The notes below the pieces were generated by a model, which had not been told where the DNA came from, ran no database searches, and was given only the letters and a program-made list of their open reading frames with translations. The position numbers and the translations under genes were made by a program. Positions 47,057 through 58,491 of a stretch of 64,000 nucleotides of DNA are shown piece by piece (the first letter of the stretch is position 1; each line of letters opens with the position of its first letter). Origin of the DNA: an uncultured Oscillospiraceae bacterium (lineage in GTDB: Bacteria > Bacillota > Clostridia > Oscillospirales > Oscillospiraceae); assembly GCA_947168655.1 (NCBI GenBank), contig CAMVMU010000002.1:15561-79560 (forward strand), given 5' to 3'.

Positions 47057-47085
47057 ATATTACCGCATGTGGACGGGATTGTCAA
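47057..47085 (-). promoter_or_regulatory. Sigma-A promoter of tRNA-Val
   Basis: TTGACA, 17-bp spacer, TAATAT on the minus strand. Confidence 0.75.
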
Positions 47086-47119
47086 CACTTTTCTTTTGAA
47101 AACCCATATTTTTTGCTTT

Positions 47120-48031
47120 TCAGCCCCGGCTCTCCAGCTTGCGGAGGTACGCCTTGAACTCCTCCGGAAGGTCGCAGTGGAGCTCCACGGGCTCTCCGGT
47201 TCGGGGGTGGATGAACCGCAGACCCACGGCGTGGAGGCACTGGCCCGTGAGACCGGGCACCGGCTTTTTGGCGCCGTACACCGTGTCACCCAGGATGGGG
47301 TGGCCCATGTGGGCCATGTGGACACGAATCTGGTGGGTGCGCCCCGTCTCCAGGCGGCAGCGGACGTGGGTGACGCCCGGATACCGGGCGATGACCTCCC
47401 AGTGGGTCACGGCGCGGCGGCCCTTTGCCGTCACCGCCATTTTCTTCCGGTCGGTGGGGTGGCGGCCGATGGGCGCGTCCACCGTGCCGTTGTCCTCTCT
47501 GAGGTTGCCCGTCACCAGACACTCGTAGGTCCGGGCCAGGGTGTGGTCCGCCAGCTGGGCGGAGAGGCCCAGGTGGGCGGCGTCGTTTTTGGCGGCGATG
47601 ATGAGGCCGCTGGTGTCCCGGTCGATGCGGTGGACGATGCCGGGGCGCTTCTCCCCGCCGACGCCGGAGAGGCTGCCGGCGCAGTGGTGTAGCAGGGCGT
47701 TGACAAGGGTGCCGTCGCTGTGGCCGGGGGCGGGATGGACCACCATGCCGGTGGGCTTGTTGACAACGATCACGTCATCGTCCTCATAGACCACGTCCAA
47801 AGGGATGTCCTGAGCCGCCACCTCCGCATCCTCCGGCTCGGGGATATCCACGGCCAGCTCTTCGCCGCCGGCGATGCGGTAATTTTTGGGCAGGGCTTTC
47901 TCCCCCATCGTCACCCGCCCCTCCTCCAGGAGGCGGGCAGCGGCGCTGCGGGAGATCTCCAGTGCATCGGCCAGATAGCTGTCCAGGCGCTCGCCGCTGT
48001 GTTCACTTGGCGCTGTCAGCGTCCGGGTCAT
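47120..48031 (-). CDS. rluD: RluA/RluD-family pseudouridine synthase
   Basis: S4 domain, [29 protein letters not shown]. Confidence 0.9.
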   Translation of the reverse strand: MTRTLTAPSEHSGERLDSYLADALEISRSAAARLLEEGRVTMGEKALPKNYRIAGGEELAVDIPEPEDAEVAAQDIPLDVVYEDDDVIVVNKPTGMVVHPAPGHSDGTLVNALLHHCAGSLSGVGGEKRPGIVHRIDRDTSGLIIAAKNDAAHLGLSAQLADHTLARTYECLVTGNLREDNGTVDAPIGRHPTDRKKMAVTAKGRRAVTHWEVIARYPGVTHVRCRLETGRTHQIRVHMAHMGHPILGDTVYGAKKPVPGLTGQCLHAVGLRFIHPRTGEPVELHCDLPEEFKAYLRKLESRG

Positions 48032-48494
48032 GGGGTTTCTCCTTTTTATCTGTCTTTTCGTAGAGGAACAGGTAATAAATGCCGCCCAGAATGGCGCCGA
48101 TCACCACGAAGCAGTCGGCCAGGTTGAAAATGGGGTACTGAAACAGCTGGATATCAAACATATCCACCACATAGCCCCGGAACACCCGGTCGATCAGATT
48201 GCCCAGGCCGCCGCCCAGAATCAGCAGGCAGCCCGCCACGCCCATGGGATGGCGGACGATCTTTTTGATCAGCAGCCACAAAACGCCCGCCATCAGCACT
48301 ACCGTGACCACAGAGAGCATGGTGGTCATGCCGCTGAAGCTGGACCAGGCGGCGCCTGTGTTGTGGAGCCGGGTCAGTTGCATCACGCCCGGCAGAAAGG
48401 GGGCGGACTCCCCCAGCGCCAGGTGGCTCACCACCCAGTATTTCAGGCCCTGGTCGGCGGCGATCAGGGCGATGACGATCAGCGCGTACAGCAT
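48003..48494 (-). CDS. lspA: Lipoprotein signal peptidase II
   Basis: DQGLK, NTGAAWS, GNLIDR, VVDMF, FNLAD. Confidence 0.95.
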   Translation of the reverse strand: MLYALIVIALIAADQGLKYWVVSHLALGESAPFLPGVMQLTRLHNTGAAWSSFSGMTTMLSVVTVVLMAGVLWLLIKKIVRHPMGVAGCLLILGGGLGNLIDRVFRGYVVDMFDIQLFQYPIFNLADCFVVIGAILGGIYYLFLYEKTDKKEKPHDPDADSAK

Positions 48495-48662
48495 AGAACT
48501 CTCCTTGCAGAATGGTTTTTCGTTATCATACCCCAAGCAGGCCGTTTTTGCAACTAAATTCCCTGTCCTTTCTTGTCACACGGTTGATTTCGTGCTATAA
48601 TAACATAATTAAACTCGAGGAGTAGCGCCTGCCAAAGGTGCGCAGACGCCGGGAGGTATCAT

Positions 48663-50075
48663 TTGGAGAGAACAAAGGTCGTTCTGACGGAGGAACAGCT
48701 TGCCCGTCAGCGGGATTTCACCGATAAAATTCGCGCCATCCACGAGGGCCGGGGCCGTGCGCCCAAGGCCATGGTGGATACCTTCGGCTGCCAGCAGAAC
48801 GTGGCGGACAGCCAGCTCATCATGGGCATGCTGGAGGCCATGGGCTGCGCCTTCACCGATAAGGCGGAGGAGGCCGACATTGTGGTGCTGAACACCTGCG
48901 CCATCCGGGACCACGCCGAGCAGCGGGTCTACGGCAATCTGGGCGCACTGACCCACACCAAGAAGGCCAACCCGGAGCAGATCATCTGTCTGTGCGGCTG
49001 CATGGCCCAGCGGCCGGAGGTGGCCGAGCGGGTGCGCAAGTCCTACCGCCACGTGGATCTGGTGTTCGGACCCCAGGCCCTGTGGCGCTTCCCGGAGCTG
49101 CTGCACCAGGTCTATACCCGTCGCCGCCGGGTCTTCAGTGTGGCCGACGAGCCGGGTCAGATCGCCGAGGGCATTCCCGTGGTGCGGGAGGGCAATATCC
49201 GGGCCTGGGTCTCCATCATGTACGGGTGCAACAACTTCTGCTCCTATTGCATCGTGCCCTACGTCCGGGGCCGGGAGCGGAGCCGTGAGCCGGAGCGCAT
49301 CCTGGCCGAGGTCCGGGAGCTGGCCGAGGCCGGGTATAAGGAGATCACCCTGCTGGGCCAGAACGTCAACTCCTACGGAAAGGATCTGGACACCCCGTGG
49401 GACTTTGCCGACCTGCTCTCCGCCATCGACCAGATCCCCGGCGACTATGTGATCCGCTTCATGTCCTCCCAGCCCAAGGACGCCAGCTGCAAGCTCTTTG
49501 ACACCATGGCCAGGAGCCGTCACGTGGCCCACCAGCTCCACCTGCCGGTCCAGTCCGGCAGCGACCGGGTGCTCCGGGCCATGAACCGGCCCTACAACGT
49601 GGAAAAATATCTGGACCTCATCACCTACGCCCGGAAGGTCATGCCGGATCTGGTGCTGACCAGCGACGTGATCATCGGCTTCCCCGGCGAGACGGAGAGC
49701 GAGGCCATGGAGACGGTGGCCCTGGTGGAAAAGGTGCGCTTTGACGCCCTGTTCACCTTCATCTTCTCCCCCCGGCCCGGCACACCCGCCGCCAAAATGG
49801 AGGACCCGGTGCCCCGCAGCGAGAAGCAGAAATGGTTCGACAAGCTGTGTGACACCCAGAACGCCATCTCCGCCGAGATCCACGCCCAATATGTGGGCGA
49901 CACCGTCCGTGTGCTGGTGGATGAGGAGAGCGGCGACCTCCGCTGGCCCCTCCAGGGCCGGACGGCAGGGGGACGGCTGGTGCATCTCACCGGGGACAAG
50001 GCCGTTCTCGGCACCTACCAGACCGTGAAGATCACCGACAGCAACACCTGGGCGCTGTTCGGTTCCATCATCTGA
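48663..50075 (+). CDS. miaB: tRNA methylthiotransferase MiaB
   Basis: TFGCQQN, NTCAIR, GCNNFCSYCIVPYVRG, HLPVQSGS, C-terminal TRAM domain. Confidence 0.95.
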   Translation: MERTKVVLTEEQLARQRDFTDKIRAIHEGRGRAPKAMVDTFGCQQNVADSQLIMGMLEAMGCAFTDKAEEADIVVLNTCAIRDHAEQRVYGNLGALTHTKKANPEQIICLCGCMAQRPEVAERVRKSYRHVDLVFGPQALWRFPELLHQVYTRRRRVFSVADEPGQIAEGIPVVREGNIRAWVSIMYGCNNFCSYCIVPYVRGRERSREPERILAEVRELAEAGYKEITLLGQNVNSYGKDLDTPWDFADLLSAIDQIPGDYVIRFMSSQPKDASCKLFDTMARSRHVAHQLHLPVQSGSDRVLRAMNRPYNVEKYLDLITYARKVMPDLVLTSDVIIGFPGETESEAMETVALVEKVRFDALFTFIFSPRPGTPAAKMEDPVPRSEKQKWFDKLCDTQNAISAEIHAQYVGDTVRVLVDEESGDLRWPLQGRTAGGRLVHLTGDKAVLGTYQTVKITDSNTWALFGSII

Positions 50076-50100
50076 TACGGCCTTGCCGTATCAGATGAGC

Positions 50101-50264
50101 GAGATTTCAGCCTTCTGCGCGCACTCGCTTTGCTCGCACACTGCGCAGGCTGAGAAGTATTTTTTGCCACGTACACGCCGCGGCAAAAAATGATTACATT
50201 TCTTCGCGCCGCGCACGGCGCGAAATCTGCGATGCTGAATGGCACACACCCGCTTGACATGCTG
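50101..50264 (-). repeat. Dispersed ~160-bp hairpin-rich element, copy 1
   Basis: Reverse complement aligns with 60173-60328. Confidence 0.8.
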
Positions 50265-50301
50265 TCGCCGTGCCGGGTGAAGAGTGAAAGGAATGACTGA
50301 C

Positions 50302-52902
50302 ATGGCTGAACTGACGCCCATGATGCGGCAATATATGGAGATCAAGGAACAGAATCCCGACTCGATCCTGTTCTTCCGCCTGGGCGACTTTTACGAGATG
50401 TTCGGCGCCGACGCCCGCACCGCCTCCCGGGAGCTGGATCTGACGCTGACCACACGGGATAAGGACAAGACCAAGACCTTCGACGAGAAGGTGCCCATGT
50501 GCGGCATCCCCTACCACGCCTCCGACGCCTACATCGCCCGGCTCATCGCCAAGGGCTACAAGGTTGCCATCTGCGAGCAGACCGAGGACCCCGCCACCGC
50601 CAAGGGCCTGGTAAAGCGGGACATCATCCGGGTGGTGACCCCTGGCACCGTCATCGACAGCGCGTGTCTGGAGGAGGGGCGCTCCAACTTCTGCGCCGGG
50701 ATCTACTTAGACGACGACAACGCCGCGCTGTGCGCCTGCGATATCTCCACCGGCCAGACCCACGCCACCGCCTTTTCCGGTCCCGAGCGGCTGACCCATC
50801 TTCTCAACGAGCTGGGCCGGTTTTCCCCCGCCGAGGCGGTGCTGAATGAAACCGCCTTTTTCAACGAGACACTCCACGGCACGCTGGAGAACAAATATCA
50901 CTGCCACATGGAGAAGCTACCCGCCGGGCGCTTCCAGATGGAAGCGGCGGAAAAGGCCGTCCGCGCCCAGTTCGGCGACGAGGCCTTTGAGCGCCTCCCC
51001 CGGAACAACGGCGCCGCCGTGCTGGCCCTGGGCGCCCTGCTGGGCTATCTCCACGAGACACAGAAAACCGACCTGAGCCACATTGACGACCTGGATTTCT
51101 ACCGGGAGGGCCAGTTCATGGAGCTGGATCTCACCGCCCGGCGCAATCTGGAGCTGACGGAGACCCTGCGCTCCAAGGAGAAGAAGGGGAGCCTGCTGTG
51201 GGTGCTGGATAAGACCAAGACCGCCATGGGCGCCCGGTGTCTGCGCTCCTGGCTGGAGCGGCCGCTCCTCAGCGTAACCGCCGTGAACCGTCGGCTGGAC
51301 GCCGTGTCCGCCCTGGTGGACCACACCATGGAGCGGCAGGAGCTGATCCTGGCCCTCCAGGGCATCGCTGACATGGAGCGGCTCATCGGCCGCATCGTCT
51401 ACGGGAGCGCCGGCGGCCGGGACCTGGTGGCCCTGCGCAACGCCATGGAGCGCCTGCCCACGGTAAAGGCACAGCTGGCCGCCTTCCCCAAGGGACGGCT
51501 CCGGGAGCTGGATGAGCAGCTGGATGATTTAAACGATCTGGCCGCACTGATCGGCCGGACGCTGGTGGACGAGCCCCCCTTCTCCGTGCGGGAGGGCGAG
51601 TTCATCCGGGACGGCTTCCACCCGGAGGTGGACCGCCTGCGCTCGATCCTCCACGGCGGCAAGGGCATCATCGCTGAGATGGAGGCAAGCGAAAAGGAAA
51701 AGACCGGCATTCGCACGTTGAAAATCGGCTACAACAAGGTGTTCGGCTACTACATTGAGGTGTCCAACTCCTTCAAGGACCAGGTGCCGGAAACCTATAT
51801 CCGCAAGCAGACCCTGGTGAACGGCGAGCGCTACATCACCCAGGAGCTAAAGGACCTGGAGAGCGACATCCTCACCGCCGCCGACCGGGTTTCCGCCCTG
51901 GAATACGAATTGTTCACCGACCTGCGGCTGAAGGTGGCCGCCCAGGTGGGCCGCGTGCAGCAGACCGCCGCCGCCGTGGCGGAGATCGACACGTTGTGCT
52001 CCTTCGCCGCCGTGGCGGTGAAGAACAATTACTGCTGCCCCGCCGTGGACGAGTCCGGCGTCATCGAGATCCACGACGGACGCCATCCCGTGGTGGAGCA
52101 GATGCGCACCGACGCCCTGTTCGTGCCCAACGACACCTATATGGGCAGCAGTGAAAACCGGGTGGCCATCATCACCGGCCCCAACATGGCGGGCAAATCC
52201 ACCTACATGCGCCAGGTGGCCCTCATCGTGCTGATGGCACAGGTGGGCTCCTTCGTCCCCGCCCGTGCTGCCCATCTGGGTATCGTGGACCGGATCTTTA
52301 CCCGCATCGGCGCCAGCGACGATCTCAGCGCCGGGCAGTCCACCTTCATGGTGGAGATGACGGAGGTCAGCGAGATCCTCCACCACGCCACGGCCCAGAG
52401 CCTGCTGATCCTGGATGAGATCGGCCGGGGCACCTCCACCTTCGACGGTATGTCCATCGCCCGGGCGGTGCTGGAGTACTGCGCCGACCCCAAGAAGCTG
52501 GGGGCCAAGACCCTGTTCGCCACCCACTACCACGAGCTCACCGAGCTGGAGAACAGCCTGCCCGGTGTGAAAAACTATAACATTGCCGTGCGCACCCGGG
52601 GCGAGGAGATCATCTTCCTGCGCAAGATCATCCCCGGCGGCGCCGACCGCAGCTACGGCATTGAGGTGGCACAGCTGGCAGGTCTCCCCGCCCAGGTGGT
52701 GAGCCGTGCCCGGAAGATTCTTCGCCAATTGGAGGAGGAGTCCGGCAAGCCGGCCGCCCACGAGCAGCAGCCGGATGACCAGGTCTCCTTTGCCGCCATG
52801 GCCGAGAGCGAGGTGGCGGAGACTATCCGCCGCTGCCAGGTGGACACCCTGAGCCCGCTGGAGGCTCTGAATCTGCTGTACGAACTGAAAAGCAAGCTAT
52901 AA
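50302..52902 (+). CDS. mutS: DNA mismatch repair protein MutS
   Basis: TPMMRQY, FFRLGDFYEMF, GPNMAGKST, DEIGRGTST, SYGIEVA. Confidence 0.97.
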   Translation: MAELTPMMRQYMEIKEQNPDSILFFRLGDFYEMFGADARTASRELDLTLTTRDKDKTKTFDEKVPMCGIPYHASDAYIARLIAKGYKVAICEQTEDPATAKGLVKRDIIRVVTPGTVIDSACLEEGRSNFCAGIYLDDDNAALCACDISTGQTHATAFSGPERLTHLLNELGRFSPAEAVLNETAFFNETLHGTLENKYHCHMEKLPAGRFQMEAAEKAVRAQFGDEAFERLPRNNGAAVLALGALLGYLHETQKTDLSHIDDLDFYREGQFMELDLTARRNLELTETLRSKEKKGSLLWVLDKTKTAMGARCLRSWLERPLLSVTAVNRRLDAVSALVDHTMERQELILALQGIADMERLIGRIVYGSAGGRDLVALRNAMERLPTVKAQLAAFPKGRLRELDEQLDDLNDLAALIGRTLVDEPPFSVREGEFIRDGFHPEVDRLRSILHGGKGIIAEMEASEKEKTGIRTLKIGYNKVFGYYIEVSNSFKDQVPETYIRKQTLVNGERYITQELKDLESDILTAADRVSALEYELFTDLRLKVAAQVGRVQQTAAAVAEIDTLCSFAAVAVKNNYCCPAVDESGVIEIHDGRHPVVEQMRTDALFVPNDTYMGSSENRVAIITGPNMAGKSTYMRQVALIVLMAQVGSFVPARAAHLGIVDRIFTRIGASDDLSAGQSTFMVEMTEVSEILHHATAQSLLILDEIGRGTSTFDGMSIARAVLEYCADPKKLGAKTLFATHYHELTELENSLPGVKNYNIAVRTRGEEIIFLRKIIPGGADRSYGIEVAQLAGLPAQVVSRARKILRQLEEESGKPAAHEQQPDDQVSFAAMAESEVAETIRRCQVDTLSPLEALNLLYELKSKL

Positions 52903-52932
52903 CAAGACGTTTTCCCCAAAGGAGGGATTTTC

Positions 52933-54813
52933 ATGCCTGAGATCAGACAACTGGACAAGCACGTAGCCGACCTGATCGCCGCCGGCGAGGTGGTGGAACG
53001 GCCCGCCAGCGTGGCCAAGGAGCTGCTTGAGAACGCCATGGACGCCGGCGCATCCGCCATCGTGGTGGAGCTCGAGCGGGGAGGTCTGACCTATCTGCGC
53101 ATCACCGACAACGGCTGCGGCATCGCGCCGGAGCAGCTGCCCGTGGCCTTTCTGCGCCACGCCACCAGCAAGCTGCGCACGGCGGAGGATCTTGCCGCCA
53201 TCGGCACCCTGGGCTTCCGGGGCGAGGCGCTGGCCGCCATCAGCGCCGTGAGCCGGGTGGACATCCTCTCCCGCACGGTGGGAGCCGAGGCCGGCGCCAC
53301 CCTCCACCTGGAAGGCGGCGTACCCGGTGAGGTGCGCCCCTCCGGCTGCCCGGAGGGCACTACCATCGTGGTGCGGGACCTCTTTTACAACACGCCTGCC
53401 CGGATGAAATTCATGAAGAAGGACAGCGCCGAGGGCGCAGCCGTCACCAGCATTGTCACCCATCTGGCCCTGAGCCACCCGGAGATCTCCTTCAAGCTGC
53501 TGCGGGACGGCGCCGAAGCGCTCCACACCCCCGGTGACGGGCGGCTGCAAAGCGCCATTTACGCCGCCCTGGGCCGTGACTTCGCCCTGCATCTGCTGCC
53601 TATCCACGGCAGCGGCGACGCCGTATCGGTGGAGGGCTTCGTCACCGAACCACTCCACGGCCACGGGACCCGGGCAAGGCAGATCTTCTTTGTCAACGGG
53701 CGGTTCGTCAAGTCCCAGCTCCTCTCCGCCGCTCTGGAGGAGGCCTACCGCAATCAGATCATGAAGGGGAAGTTCCCCGGCTGCGTGCTGCACATCACTT
53801 TGCCCATGCAGCAGGTAGATGTAAATGTGCATCCTGCCAAGACGGTGGTAAAGTTCGCCGCCGACAAGCCGGTGTTTGACGCGGTGTACTACACTGTGCT
53901 GGACACGCTGAACGGTCAGAACAGACCGGCTCAACCGCCTAAGAAGGAGGAACCCTTTTACCAGACCATGACGGCGGAGCAGTTTAAGGCAAAGGCCGCC
54001 CAGGTCACGCCGCCACCCGCCGCCAAACCGCCGGTGGGGTCCTACACCTCACGCCCGGCGGTGCCCGCCGTCCCCAAGGGGCAGACGGTCTACGTCCGGG
54101 ACGTGGTCCCGGAGCCGCAAAAGCCCTTTGTCGCAGAGACGGTCAGCGGCGGCCGGGAGGTTACCTATCATATCACACCTCCCCCCGCCCCTCCTGTGAA
54201 GGAAAAAGAGCCGGAGCCGGTCCAGCAGGCCATGGAGCCGGAGACCGAAGCTCCCTGGCGCATCGTGGGGGAGGTGCTGAAAACCTATATCATCTGCGAG
54301 GACAGCCACAGCAACGTGTGGCTCATCGACAAGCACGCCGCACATGAGCGGATCCGCTTCGACGCCCTGAAGGCCCATTCCGAACCACTGATGGCCCAGC
54401 CCCTGCTGACGCCGCTGACCGTCGACCTGGAGGGCGACAGCTATGGCGCCGTGCTGGAGCATCTGGACACGCTCCGGCAGTTCGGCTTCGTCTGCGAGGA
54501 CTTCGGCGGCGGCACGGTGCTGGTGCGGGAGATCCCCGCCGACATCCGCCCGGAGGACGCGTCTTCCACGTTGGAGGAGCTGGGGCAGAAGCTGGCGCTG
54601 GGCCGGGCCGATCCCGCCGGAGCGCGGGACGAGCTCTACCACACCATGGCCTGCAAGAGCGCCATCAAGGCGGGAATGGACACCTCCCCGGCGGAGCTCC
54701 GCGCTCTGGTGGAGCAGGTGCAGTCCGGTAAAATCCAGTACTGCCCCCACGGCAGGCCGGTGAAATACAAGCTGACCCGGTACGAGATCGAGAAGATGTT
54801 CAAGCGGGCGTAA
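52933..54813 (+). CDS. mutL: DNA mismatch repair endonuclease MutL
   Basis: IAAGEVVERP, GFRGEAL, DVNVHPAK, DKHAAHER, CPHGRP. Confidence 0.97.
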   Translation: MPEIRQLDKHVADLIAAGEVVERPASVAKELLENAMDAGASAIVVELERGGLTYLRITDNGCGIAPEQLPVAFLRHATSKLRTAEDLAAIGTLGFRGEALAAISAVSRVDILSRTVGAEAGATLHLEGGVPGEVRPSGCPEGTTIVVRDLFYNTPARMKFMKKDSAEGAAVTSIVTHLALSHPEISFKLLRDGAEALHTPGDGRLQSAIYAALGRDFALHLLPIHGSGDAVSVEGFVTEPLHGHGTRARQIFFVNGRFVKSQLLSAALEEAYRNQIMKGKFPGCVLHITLPMQQVDVNVHPAKTVVKFAADKPVFDAVYYTVLDTLNGQNRPAQPPKKEEPFYQTMTAEQFKAKAAQVTPPPAAKPPVGSYTSRPAVPAVPKGQTVYVRDVVPEPQKPFVAETVSGGREVTYHITPPPAPPVKEKEPEPVQQAMEPETEAPWRIVGEVLKTYIICEDSHSNVWLIDKHAAHERIRFDALKAHSEPLMAQPLLTPLTVDLEGDSYGAVLEHLDTLRQFGFVCEDFGGGTVLVREIPADIRPEDASSTLEELGQKLALGRADPAGARDELYHTMACKSAIKAGMDTSPAELRALVEQVQSGKIQYCPHGRPVKYKLTRYEIEKMFKRA

Positions 54814-54824
54814 AAGGAGCGTTT

Positions 54825-55766
54825 ATGCCGAAAGTCGTGTGCGTGGTGGGTCCCACCGCCAGCGGAAAAACGAAAATGGGCGTGGCCCTGGCCCGCCGGT
54901 TTGGCGGCGAGGTCGTTTCGGTGGACTCCATGCAGATCTACCGGGGCATGACCATCGGTACGGCGGCCCCCACCGCCGAGGAGATGGAGGGCGTTCCCCA
55001 TCACATGATCGCCGTGGCGGACCCCAACCAGAGCTGGTCCGTGGCCCGGTACGTCGCCGAGGCCGACCGCTGCGTGCAGGATATCCTGAGCCGGGGCAGG
55101 CTGCCCGTTCTGGTGGGCGGTACCGGACTGTGGCTTGACGCCCTGATCCGGGGCACCGACTTCGCCCAGGGGCACCAGGGCACCGCCACCCGGCAGACTT
55201 TGCAAAAGCGGATGGAAACCGAGGGCGCCGCCGTTCTTCTGGACGAACTGCGGCAAATCGACCCGGAGGCAGCCGCCAAACTGCACCTGAAGGATGAAAA
55301 GCGGATCATCCGTGCCCTGGAGGTATGGCAGGAGACGGGGGAGACCATCACCGCCCACGACCGCCGCACCCGGGAAGTGCCGCCCCGCTACGACGCCGTG
55401 TATATCGGCCTGGACTTCGCCAACCGGCAGGATCTCCGGGACCGGATCGACCGCCGTGTGGACAAAATGGTGGAGCAGGGGCTTTTACAAGAGGTCCGCA
55501 GCCTGCTCTCCGCCGGATTGCCGCCGGGCGCCACCGCCCTGCAGGCCATCGGCTACAAGCAGTTCCTGGCGGTGGACCGGGGGGAGATCACCGAGCCGGA
55601 GGCCGTGGAGGAGGTCAAGCTCCGCTCCCGGCAGTACGCCAAGCGCCAGCTCACCTGGCTGCGCCGAAACCCGAACATTCACTGGCTCTTCTGGGAAAAA
55701 GAGCCGAATTTCCCCGCCGCCCTACAGAAAGCGACAGAAATCCTCCTTGCCGAGGGGGTATCCTAA
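54825..55766 (+). CDS. miaA: tRNA dimethylallyltransferase
   Basis: GPTASGKT, DSMQIYRGM.IGT, AIGYK, YAKRQLTW. Confidence 0.96.
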   Translation: MPKVVCVVGPTASGKTKMGVALARRFGGEVVSVDSMQIYRGMTIGTAAPTAEEMEGVPHHMIAVADPNQSWSVARYVAEADRCVQDILSRGRLPVLVGGTGLWLDALIRGTDFAQGHQGTATRQTLQKRMETEGAAVLLDELRQIDPEAAAKLHLKDEKRIIRALEVWQETGETITAHDRRTREVPPRYDAVYIGLDFANRQDLRDRIDRRVDKMVEQGLLQEVRSLLSAGLPPGATALQAIGYKQFLAVDRGEITEPEAVEEVKLRSRQYAKRQLTWLRRNPNIHWLFWEKEPNFPAALQKATEILLAEGVS

Positions 55767-55823
55767 GCTCGGCAGGCGAGGACGAGCCATATCGCCTGCA
55801 CAAAGATAAAAGGAGCAGACGAT

Positions 55824-56060
55824 ATGCAAAAGACGAACAATTTACAGGAGATCTTTCTGACCCGCATCCGCAAGCAGGGCACCCCCGTCACCGTCTTTCT
55901 GGTGAACGGCTTCCAGCTGCGGGGCACCGTCAGCGGCTTTGACTGCTTTGTGGTGGTGCTGGACAGCGAGGGCCGCCAGCAGGTCATCTACAAGCACGCG
56001 ATCTCCACCATCGCCCCCCTGCACCCCGTTCTTCTGACGGAGGAGGCAGAGGAGAAATAA
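55824..56060 (+). CDS. hfq: RNA chaperone Hfq
   Basis: [19 protein letters not shown]; follows miaA. Confidence 0.96.
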   Translation: MQKTNNLQEIFLTRIRKQGTPVTVFLVNGFQLRGTVSGFDCFVVVLDSEGRQQVIYKHAISTIAPLHPVLLTEEAEEK

Positions 56061-56073
56061 AGAGGTATTTGCC

Positions 56074-57282
56074 ATGAAATCTTCACCCGCCTTCAAAATC
56101 CTGTCCGCCGTCGTGCTGGCGGCGGTGGTGCTGTACTTCGGGGTCCAGATCTACCAGTATCTGACCAACCCCTTTTCCACCACCCTCACCTATGAGGCCG
56201 TGGCAGATGACAGCATCTCCGTCAACGGCTGGGTAGTGCGCCAGGAGGAGACCTTCCACTCGGACGCTGCCACGCTGACGCACCCCCTGGATGAGGGGCA
56301 GAAGGTGGGCTATGGTCAGACCTTCGCCATGGCATACGACAACAGCCAAACGCTGGAGACCGTGGCGCAGATCGACACGCTGGAGCTGCAGCTGCAGCAG
56401 TTGGAATTTGCCCTGACCTCCATTCTGGATAACGACGCCGCGCTGAAGCTGGACAGCTCCATTACCGGCAGCATTCTGACGCTGCGGCAGGATCTCTCCT
56501 CCGGAGATTATTCCGCGGTGTCCGACGATATCTCCATACTGAAAGCGTCCGTCCTGAAGAGCAGCCACTCCTATTCCTCTGTGGACGAGATCCAGGCGGA
56601 AATCGATTCCGTCCAGGGACAGATCTCCCAGCTGAAGGACAGCCTGTCCGGCGCCCACGCCATCGCCGCCCCGCAGCCCGGCATCTTCTCCGCCGCATGC
56701 GACGGCTATGAGGACGTGCTGACACCCGCTTTCCTGGACGGCGTGACGCCCTCGTCGCTGCAGCGGCTCACCCCCTCCAGCAGCAGCGGCAATGCCGGCA
56801 AGCTGATCTACGGCGACACCTGGTACTTCGTGGCCTGTGTGGACGCCCAGCGCGCCGGTGATCTGCGGCCCGGCCGATCCGTGCTGCTGCGTATGGCCAA
56901 GGGGATGACCCAGGACGTATCCGTTCAGGTCCGCTCTGTCAGCCAGCCGGAGAACGGTCAGGTCGCGGTGGTTTTCTCCTGCCGGAACTACATTGCCCAA
57001 ACCACACAGCTGCGTTCCCAGGCCGCTGAGCTGATCCTCAACACATACAGCGGATTGCGTGTTCCCACCACCTCCCTGCGGCTGGATGCCAACGGCAACG
57101 CAGGCGTCTACTGCGTGGTTGGCTCCAGCGCAAAGTTCAAACCTGTCCGGATTATCTTCCGTGGCGACAACTACATGCTGGTCCGGCCCACGGAGGCCGC
57201 TCTCGGCACAGCCATTCTCCGTGCCGGTGACGAGATTATCATCACCGCCAACAAGCTGGAAAACGGCCTGGTCGTCCGGTAA
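56074..57282 (+). CDS. Membrane-fusion/HlyD-like conserved protein
   Basis: N-terminal TM, coiled coil, APQPGIFS..DGYE, GLRVP. Confidence 0.7.
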   Translation: MKSSPAFKILSAVVLAAVVLYFGVQIYQYLTNPFSTTLTYEAVADDSISVNGWVVRQEETFHSDAATLTHPLDEGQKVGYGQTFAMAYDNSQTLETVAQIDTLELQLQQLEFALTSILDNDAALKLDSSITGSILTLRQDLSSGDYSAVSDDISILKASVLKSSHSYSSVDEIQAEIDSVQGQISQLKDSLSGAHAIAAPQPGIFSAACDGYEDVLTPAFLDGVTPSSLQRLTPSSSSGNAGKLIYGDTWYFVACVDAQRAGDLRPGRSVLLRMAKGMTQDVSVQVRSVSQPENGQVAVVFSCRNYIAQTTQLRSQAAELILNTYSGLRVPTTSLRLDANGNAGVYCVVGSSAKFKPVRIIFRGDNYMLVRPTEAALGTAILRAGDEIIITANKLENGLVVR

Positions 57283-57302
57283 AGAAAGGAGATCTGTTCC
57301 CT

Positions 57303-57998
<696 letters not shown>

Positions 57999-58017
57999 CT
58001 TTTAGGAGGCTTCTGCT

Positions 58018-58464
58018 ATGAGTTTCATGGACGAATTCAAAAAGATCATTCACCCCTATGACAGCGAGGACGAGTTCGAAGAGGAAGAATTCGATCAGCC
58101 CAAGACGGACAAGGCGCTCTTTGACGACCGCAAAGAGGACCGTAAAGCAGAGGACCGCCGCAACAAGGTGGTGAACATCCACGCCACCGCCCAGCTGAAG
58201 GTGGTGCTGGTGAAGCCGGAGCGTTTTGAGAACGCCTCGGAGATTGCCGACCACCTGCGGGAAAAGCGCACCGTGGTGCTGAATCTGGAATCCACCAACA
58301 AAGATATTGCCCGCCGCCTGGTGGACTTCCTGTCCGGTGTAGCCTATGCCGGCGAGGGCAAGATCAAAAAGGTCGCCGCCAACACCTACATCATTACCCC
58401 CTACTCTGTGGATATCATGGGCGATCTGATCGACGAGCTGGAAAACAACGGCCTGTATCTGTAA
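58018..58464 (+). CDS. sepF: Cell division protein SepF
   Basis: VVLNLE, RRLVDFLSGVAYA.EG. Confidence 0.95.
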   Translation: MSFMDEFKKIIHPYDSEDEFEEEEFDQPKTDKALFDDRKEDRKAEDRRNKVVNIHATAQLKVVLVKPERFENASEIADHLREKRTVVLNLESTNKDIARRLVDFLSGVAYAGEGKIKKVAANTYIITPYSVDIMGDLIDELENNGLYL

Positions 58465-58491
58465 ACATACATATTGGGGAGGGATCATACC

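Noticed and set aside
46861-47325. Long N-terminus of the kinase ORF
   Set aside because: Reads through tRNA-Val, its terminator and rluD
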